Of a stretch of DNA of 64,000 nucleotides, positions 58,659 to 64,000 are shown piece by piece. The DNA is taken from NCBI GenBank assembly GCA_965214405.1, contig OZ243956.1, positions 4,224,001 to 4,288,000 on the forward strand. Reading direction: 5' to 3'. This DNA comes from Trueperaceae bacterium. GTDB lineage: Bacteria; Deinococcota; Deinococci; Deinococcales; Trueperaceae. The position numbers were made by a program, and so were the translations under genes. Position 1 is the stretch's first letter; every line of letters begins with the position of its first letter. The notes under the pieces are model-generated. The model did no database searches and was not told the origin of the DNA. It saw only the letters and a program-made list of their open reading frames with translations.

Positions 58659-61460
58659 CTAGCGCAGCGCGTTCATGAGCGCGTTTATTAGAAAAAGAAG
58701 TCGCTGACGCGCTTCCGGGGCTAAAGCCTCCCCCTCGAGCCCCTCACGAAACGCGCCGAGTCCGTCCAGCGCCGTCGCGGTTTCGTCCGCTTGAAGGGAT
58801 GTCTGAATCTGCTCGAGCGCCGACGCACTTATATCTGAACCGCTGCCAAACGCTCCCGCCTCTCGTTGTAACGCCTCTAACATAACCAGCGGGTCGGGGG
58901 AGAGGTCTAAGCCAACCAAGACCGGGTCGTGGTCGGAGGTGCGGTAGGGGTTGGCCTGGTAGTAGACCGGGTTGTTGTAAGAGGTGTCGTAGTCCCAGAT
59001 GTCAGGCTCGTCGGCGTTGATGTGCCACTCGGTCAAGCCCGTGACCTGCGGCAGCAAAGGCGCGTTGGCGAGCGCGTAGTCGAGATAGCCGAAAAGCCCG
59101 TCGAAAACGTAGGAGTAGGCGAACTCGCCCCCGTACGTTTCGACCAAATCGGTGTAACCGGCGGCTTCGAGCGCGTCGACGGGGCTTTCTTCGTCGTAGG
59201 CGTTGAGGTCGCCCACGAACAGCACGTCAGGGTCGGTCACGCCGGTGGGGTGGGTCCCCAACCACGCCGCCGTGGCCTCCGCCGCCTCGGTGCGGCGCGC
59301 GTTGTAGCAGCCCTGACCGCTGTCACGGTTCGCGCCCTCCGCGCCGCTGCAGCCCTTGGATTTGAAGTGGTTGACGACGACGGTGAACGCGCCGCCCGTC
59401 TGGGTGATAAAAGATTGCGCCAGCGGCACCCGGCCCGTCCCCGGCCCGACAAACACGCTCGCCGGGTCTGAAAGGGTGGCGGTCTCGCCCACCGGGACCA
59501 CCGCGTCTGTTTTGTAGAGGATGCCGACCCGGATGGCGTCGGTGCCGAGCGTGCCGGTTTGGATAGCTCGGTAAGTGTCCTCACCGAGCCGCGCGTTGAG
59601 GCCTGCCGCAAGGCTGCCAAGGGGGTCCGCGCCGGGGGTGTTCTCGAGCTCAATTAACCCGACAATATCCGCATCTAAACCGAGCAGCGCCTCTACGATT
59701 TTGGCCCGCTGCCGCTCAAACTCTTCCTCGGTGTCCGCGCCGCGACACCCCAAGTTCTGCCCTGCGCCGCAGACCTCGCTACCCGTGAGCGTCGTAAAGA
59801 AGTTGAGCAGGTTAAAGCTCGCCACCCTTAAAGAACCGCCCACCGCCTCGGGCGCGTCGGGGCGCGGATTTTTTTGGGTGTAGTCCGCCGCGCCGGTGGG
59901 CTGAAGGCGGTAGCCGCCAAAAGAATCGTCGAGCACGCCGACGAGGTTGGAGAGCGTATCGCCGCCGCGAAAGAGGTTGTCCGCCCCCAGAGGCTCACCG
60001 TTCGGGTGACGGGCCGGGAAAGCGTTTTGGGCGCTCCGCCCGTCGTCCAGCGTGATGCGGTTCAGTGGGACAGCCCTCTCGAGCTGCGCGATCTCGGTTT
60101 CTTGCGTGTCCGGGTCTAAGTAGCTCGTCGGCGTGTAGGCGCGGTTTTCCCCCTCGGGCAGGGGCAGCGACAAGACGATTTCGCCGAAGCGATCGTAGTT
60201 GTAGGTCTCGGAAATGACGAGCGCCTGGGGCAGCGTCACGCGCATCCCCTCGAGCCCCTCGAGCGCCCCCCGCGACGCCAGCGGCAAGGTAACCTCAACG
60301 GGCGCGGGCAACTCTGCCGTGCCCACCACGCTCACCTCGGTCACGTCCGCGAGTTGGGTTAACGACGCGCCGCCCGAAGTCTCATACTCGGTCACCTGAC
60401 CCGTCACGCGCACCCGGTCGCCGACGCTGACGCTTCCTGCGCCTAAACCCGGCGCGTAGACGAACAGCCCCTCGGAGGTGGCCGGGTCGCTGTCCACGTC
60501 GTCCACTTCCTCCTGCACGTAAAAGCCGCCCAAGTCGCCATCGTCAGCGTCTAGATTGGCTGTATCCAGCGCGCCCATGTTTGAACCACCCGTGCCTGAA
60601 CCGTCCTCGTCTTCATACTGAAAATCGCCGACCACCACGCCTTCAATCGTGACGGTCTGGCCGACTAGGGCACTTACGTCACCGCTCCCCTGAACCTCGT
60701 GAATGGGGGTAACCCTACCCGCCCCGCCGCCCGTATCCTGCGCGCCGTAAGCAAACGTGACGTTGTCGATAAAAACCGTTTCGGCCCCCGAGTTCGTGTC
60801 CACCCCCACCGTCAGCGTGAGGGTGTCACCCAGACCGTCCTCGAGCAGGGGCTCCAAATCAACGCTCAAGCTCCGCCAGCCGATGCCGCGGTCGTCCGCG
60901 CTGGCGCTACCGTTCAGGCCGCCCGCGTCAAGCTCGAGCACACTGACTCTTTCACTCCCGTCACTCAGCGTAACCGTAAACGCGTCACCCTCCTCATAAC
61001 TCGTGCTGTTAATCCAGTAGTCGAGGCTGAAAACGCGGTTTTGGAAGCCGCTCACGTTCACGGGGTTGAAGGTGAGCTCGAGCCGCCCGTCGCCATCGTT
61101 AAATTGAAAATTCTTCTCCGCGTCCCCCACGGGCGTGCCCGAAGGCCCCACGTTGGGCGCGCCCCCGCCGCCAAAGGTGTTGACGCCGACGTAGTCGTCC
61201 GCGTCGTTTCCCGGCACCACCGGCCCCGCGCCCACGCCGCGCGTGTCAATCCAAAACGTCTCGAAGCCCAAACCGGGGCCGCCCTCGTTAAACGCGCCGC
61301 CGTTCGTGAGCCGCCCGCCGCTCTCTACCGAATCGGTCGTATAGGCCGAGCCGGAAAGCTCGTTAAAGGTCTGTTCAGCGATAGTACCCGCCGAGCTGCC
61401 AGCAGCGGGCGCGCACGCGCTCAGGCCGAGGAGGAGCCAAAAAAGTGTACGTATGGTCAT
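58659..61460 (-). CDS. ExeM/NucH-family extracellular endonuclease (lipoprotein)
   Basis: Lipobox LSAC; IHEVQG, ASFNLLNFF, NHFKSKG, GDLNAY, LDY, SDHDPV. Confidence 0.92.
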   Translation of the reverse strand: MTIRTLFWLLLGLSACAPAAGSSAGTIAEQTFNELSGSAYTTDSVESGGRLTNGGAFNEGGPGLGFETFWIDTRGVGAGPVVPGNDADDYVGVNTFGGGGAPNVGPSGTPVGDAEKNFQFNDGDGRLELTFNPVNVSGFQNRVFSLDYWINSTSYEEGDAFTVTLSDGSERVSVLELDAGGLNGSASADDRGIGWRSLSVDLEPLLEDGLGDTLTLTVGVDTNSGAETVFIDNVTFAYGAQDTGGGAGRVTPIHEVQGSGDVSALVGQTVTIEGVVVGDFQYEDEDGSGTGGSNMGALDTANLDADDGDLGGFYVQEEVDDVDSDPATSEGLFVYAPGLGAGSVSVGDRVRVTGQVTEYETSGGASLTQLADVTEVSVVGTAELPAPVEVTLPLASRGALEGLEGMRVTLPQALVISETYNYDRFGEIVLSLPLPEGENRAYTPTSYLDPDTQETEIAQLERAVPLNRITLDDGRSAQNAFPARHPNGEPLGADNLFRGGDTLSNLVGVLDDSFGGYRLQPTGAADYTQKNPRPDAPEAVGGSLRVASFNLLNFFTTLTGSEVCGAGQNLGCRGADTEEEFERQRAKIVEALLGLDADIVGLIELENTPGADPLGSLAAGLNARLGEDTYRAIQTGTLGTDAIRVGILYKTDAVVPVGETATLSDPASVFVGPGTGRVPLAQSFITQTGGAFTVVVNHFKSKGCSGAEGANRDSGQGCYNARRTEAAEATAAWLGTHPTGVTDPDVLFVGDLNAYDEESPVDALEAAGYTDLVETYGGEFAYSYVFDGLFGYLDYALANAPLLPQVTGLTEWHINADEPDIWDYDTSYNNPVYYQANPYRTSDHDPVLVGLDLSPDPLVMLEALQREAGAFGSGSDISASALEQIQTSLQADETATALDGLGAFREGLEGEALAPEARQRLLFLINALMNALR

Positions 61461-61546
61461 GGTTTACCCTAACTTTTATACGTGATTCTAAACGTTCTTG
61501 TGCCCCACGCTAACACAGATGCTAAACTCCAGAATCAAGCTAAAAG

Positions 61547-62041
61547 TTGATGCCAAGGAGGTGTTTTAAGGTGAGGCAAAAACGGGCTCAACGGTTCATG
61601 TCCAGAGTGGTGACGAGATGTTTGGGCAAGGTTTTGAGCGGTGGCTCGAGGCCTCAGGCTTACAGCTTCTTAACAACGGCAGGTTCAACCACTTTCCTAC
61701 TTCTGCTCGTCCTCTTATCAGGTTGTGAGGGGTGTAAAACGATAGAAAGTCAAACGGTTGTCGTCGATTCAACCGTTTACCCAGAGGTTCTTGAAATAGA
61801 CGCGACTAACCGCTGCTTCTGTTGCCTCGACATCAGGATACCGGGTGTCCCCGACGCTTCAATTGACGACGGTTATGCTGTTTTCTACTTGGGAGATCGG
61901 CAGGAACGCTTTGGGTTCGGATACTATAGCTTTGATAACCTTCCGCGAGATGGACAGCCTGTGGCTTTGGGCTACCGCCTCTACAACGACGAGGATGAAC
62001 TTGTTAAACAAGATGAAATTGAAATAAAGCTCATCTTCTGA
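61547..62041 (+). CDS. Hypothetical lipoprotein (true start probably downstream)
   Basis: LLLLVLLSGC lipobox; start uncertain. Confidence 0.5.
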   Translation: MMPRRCFKVRQKRAQRFMSRVVTRCLGKVLSGGSRPQAYSFLTTAGSTTFLLLLVLLSGCEGCKTIESQTVVVDSTVYPEVLEIDATNRCFCCLDIRIPGVPDASIDDGYAVFYLGDRQERFGFGYYSFDNLPRDGQPVALGYRLYNDEDELVKQDEIEIKLIF

Positions 62042-62045
62042 AGTG

Positions 62046-63233
62046 GGTAGAACGTTGAGATTATCTCTCACCCCTGGAAGAGGGGCCTGGTTTAAGGCGC
62101 AAACTGCGCCTGATGGAAAAGGAAACCAGACCCCCAATCGAGAGTTTAGCGTGTCCCTATGAAGACTGCCAAGACTATGAAAAGCCAGCATCGGGAAATC
62201 TGAGGGTACGCAAAGTCTACGGTCGAGACAAGATTCGCTATCTGAGATGCACAAGCTGTGGCCGAGAATTTAGTGAGAGGAAAAAGACCCCGTTGTGGAA
62301 CAGCAAAGTACCTGAAGCCAAGGCGGTGTCGGTGGCCGAACATCTAGCTGACGGCTGCTGTAGCAAAGCAACCGCTCGCTTGGTCAAGGTCTGTCCCGAG
62401 ACCGTGCGTCGTTTGAGACGCAAGCTTGGCGAGCACGCCCAAGGCTTTCATGAGTCAGAGGTCAAAGAGGTGCGAGTCGAGGCTCTGCAGATGGATGAAC
62501 GTTATGGCTATGCGAGTAGCAAGGGCAGCCGCTATGGGAAGGGACGGCCGTCGACCCCAAGAGCAAGCTGGTGATAGCCCTTGCTTTAGGGAAGCGAGAT
62601 GAAGTGCTCGTTCGTGAGTTGATGGAGAGCAGCCGTGCCAAGCTGAGCAACCCGCACGACCTAGTCTTGATGAGCGACGGCTTTGAAAGCTACAAAACGC
62701 TCTTTCCCGAAGTTTTCGGAGTCCCCTATCGCCCTGCTCGCAAGGGAGACCGGGGCCGTTCCCCCAAGCTGCGTTACCGCATTCCCAGAGGCTTAGCACA
62801 CGCACAAGTGGTGAAAAAGCGGCAAGGTGGAAGAGTTGTTGAGGTTGAACTGCGTCTGGCGCACGGTAGCTGGAAACGGGTCGATAAAGCACTTGTCTAC
62901 CTGGGTCACAATCAACCCAATGTCTCGGCGGTCGAAAGGCAAAACGGCACGGCTAGAAGGATGAACGCTCTTCTGGTGCGTAAGAGTTTAGCCTTTGCCC
63001 GTTGTGAAGAAAGCAGAAAAAGTCTGGGCTGGTGGACAACTACGGTTCAGAACTGGTGTCGGGTGCAGCGTGGTCTCAGAGTCCCTCTACCCGAGCCACA
63101 AGGACGTAAGCTTTATCAACAAAGGACACCGGCTATGGCAGCAACTCTGACTGACTTGGTTTGGTCCATCCCTGAACTCCTTCGCTATCCTATTTATCCG
63201 AGGCGAAGTCAGGGATAATCACACAGCACTACC
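62046..63233 (+). mobile_element. IS1-family-like element, 1188 bp, 8-bp TSD; transposase split by a frameshift near 62525
   Basis: TIRs GGTAGAACGTTGAGATTATCTC / GGGATAATCACACAGCACTACC; TSD CTGAAGTG at 62038-62045 and 63234-63241; Zn finger CPYEDC..CTSC, HTH, QMDE..SDG..VERQN. Confidence 0.85.
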
Positions 63234-63253
63234 CTGAAGTGTGACGACAAGTG

Positions 63254-63292
63254 AAAAAGAGTGGCTGAGGCTATTAACCTCGCCACTCTTTT
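63254..63292. terminator. Bidirectional intrinsic terminator after sodA
   Basis: AAAAGAGTGGC...GCCACTCTTTT. Confidence 0.75.
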
Positions 63293-63330
63293 GTTTTTCT
63301 GCGAAAACAGTTTACTGTATCACCTAGCGC

Positions 63331-63921
63331 TTACTGCGCGTTGCGGTAGTTCTCCGCCACCTGGTCCCAATTCACCACGTTCCACCAGGCGCTGATGTAG
63401 TCGGGGCGCTTGTTCTGGTACTTGAGATAATAGGAGTGCTCCCACACGTCAAGACCCAATAGAGGCGTCTTGCCCTCCATCAGTGGGGAATCCTGATTGG
63501 GCGTGCTGGTAATCTCGAGCGTCCCGTTGTTCGACACCAACCACGCCCAGCCCGAGCCAAAACGCCCTCCGGCGGCCTTGGTAAATTCCTCTTTGAACGC
63601 GTCAAACGAGCCGAATGCGTCGTTGATGGCGCTGGCGAGGTCGCCCGAAGGCTCGCCGCCGCCCTGCGGGCTCATCACTTTCCAAAAGAGGTCGTGGTTG
63701 TGGTAGCCGCCGCCGTTGTTGCGGACCGCCGTGGGTAAGTCTCCCTGGCTCAAGATCTCCTCGATGGACATGTTCTCCATTTCGGTTCCTTGGACGGCGT
63801 CGTTGAGTTTGCTCGTGTAGCCCGCGTGGTGCTTGTCGTGGTGGATTTCCATCGTCTGAGCGTCGATATGGGGTTCTAAAGCGTCAAATGCGTAGGGTAA
63901 ATCCGGGAGTTGAAAAGCCAT
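63331..63921 (-). CDS. sodA: Mn/Fe superoxide dismutase
   Basis: [29 protein letters not shown]. Confidence 0.95.
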   Translation of the reverse strand: MAFQLPDLPYAFDALEPHIDAQTMEIHHDKHHAGYTSKLNDAVQGTEMENMSIEEILSQGDLPTAVRNNGGGYHNHDLFWKVMSPQGGGEPSGDLASAINDAFGSFDAFKEEFTKAAGGRFGSGWAWLVSNNGTLEITSTPNQDSPLMEGKTPLLGLDVWEHSYYLKYQNKRPDYISAWWNVVNWDQVAENYRNAQ

Positions 63922-64000
63922 GTGTGTCTCCTCTCGAGAGCGAATTGCAGGTATCATCTGGTCTGGGCAAAATTCAGCTTACAAAGTAAGGTTTAGAACG

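Overview
A GC-rich bacterial chromosomal window. It is most consistent with Deinococcota (Truepera-like), inferred from many leaderless TANNNT-N5-7-start genes, the BTAD-type regulator and very abundant CTCGAG. The first 20 kb is a type I-D CRISPR-Cas locus: a small secreted-peptide gene, an AfsR/SARP-like BTAD-NB-ARC-TPR regulator, an extra PD-(D/E)XK 4-Cys nuclease, a WYL regulator, cas3' (broken by an in-frame TAG), cas10d (with internal cas11d start), cas7/csc2, cas5/csc1, cas6, cas4-cas1-cas2, and an array of 42 canonical 36-bp repeats. A 503-bp two-gene cassette sits exactly where a spacer should be, followed by 4 degenerate repeats. The same 11-bp-period TCGTTGGAA direct-repeat promoter precedes both the nuclease-WYL operon and cas4-1-2, which points to control by the adjacent regulator. 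Toxin-antitoxin-like modules are interleaved through the locus and the window, several flanked by short direct repeats. The rest is mostly housekeeping and metabolic: a DUF1998 helicase, a GH130/sugar ABC locus, uxaB-uxaA/kdgK-eda, gluQ, xpt, selD-selU, glyA, a GGDEF protein, an ExeM nuclease and sodA. It also holds three complete IS elements with identifiable ends, several pseudogenes and two candidate sRNAs. All calls come from motif reading by eye; no database searches were run.
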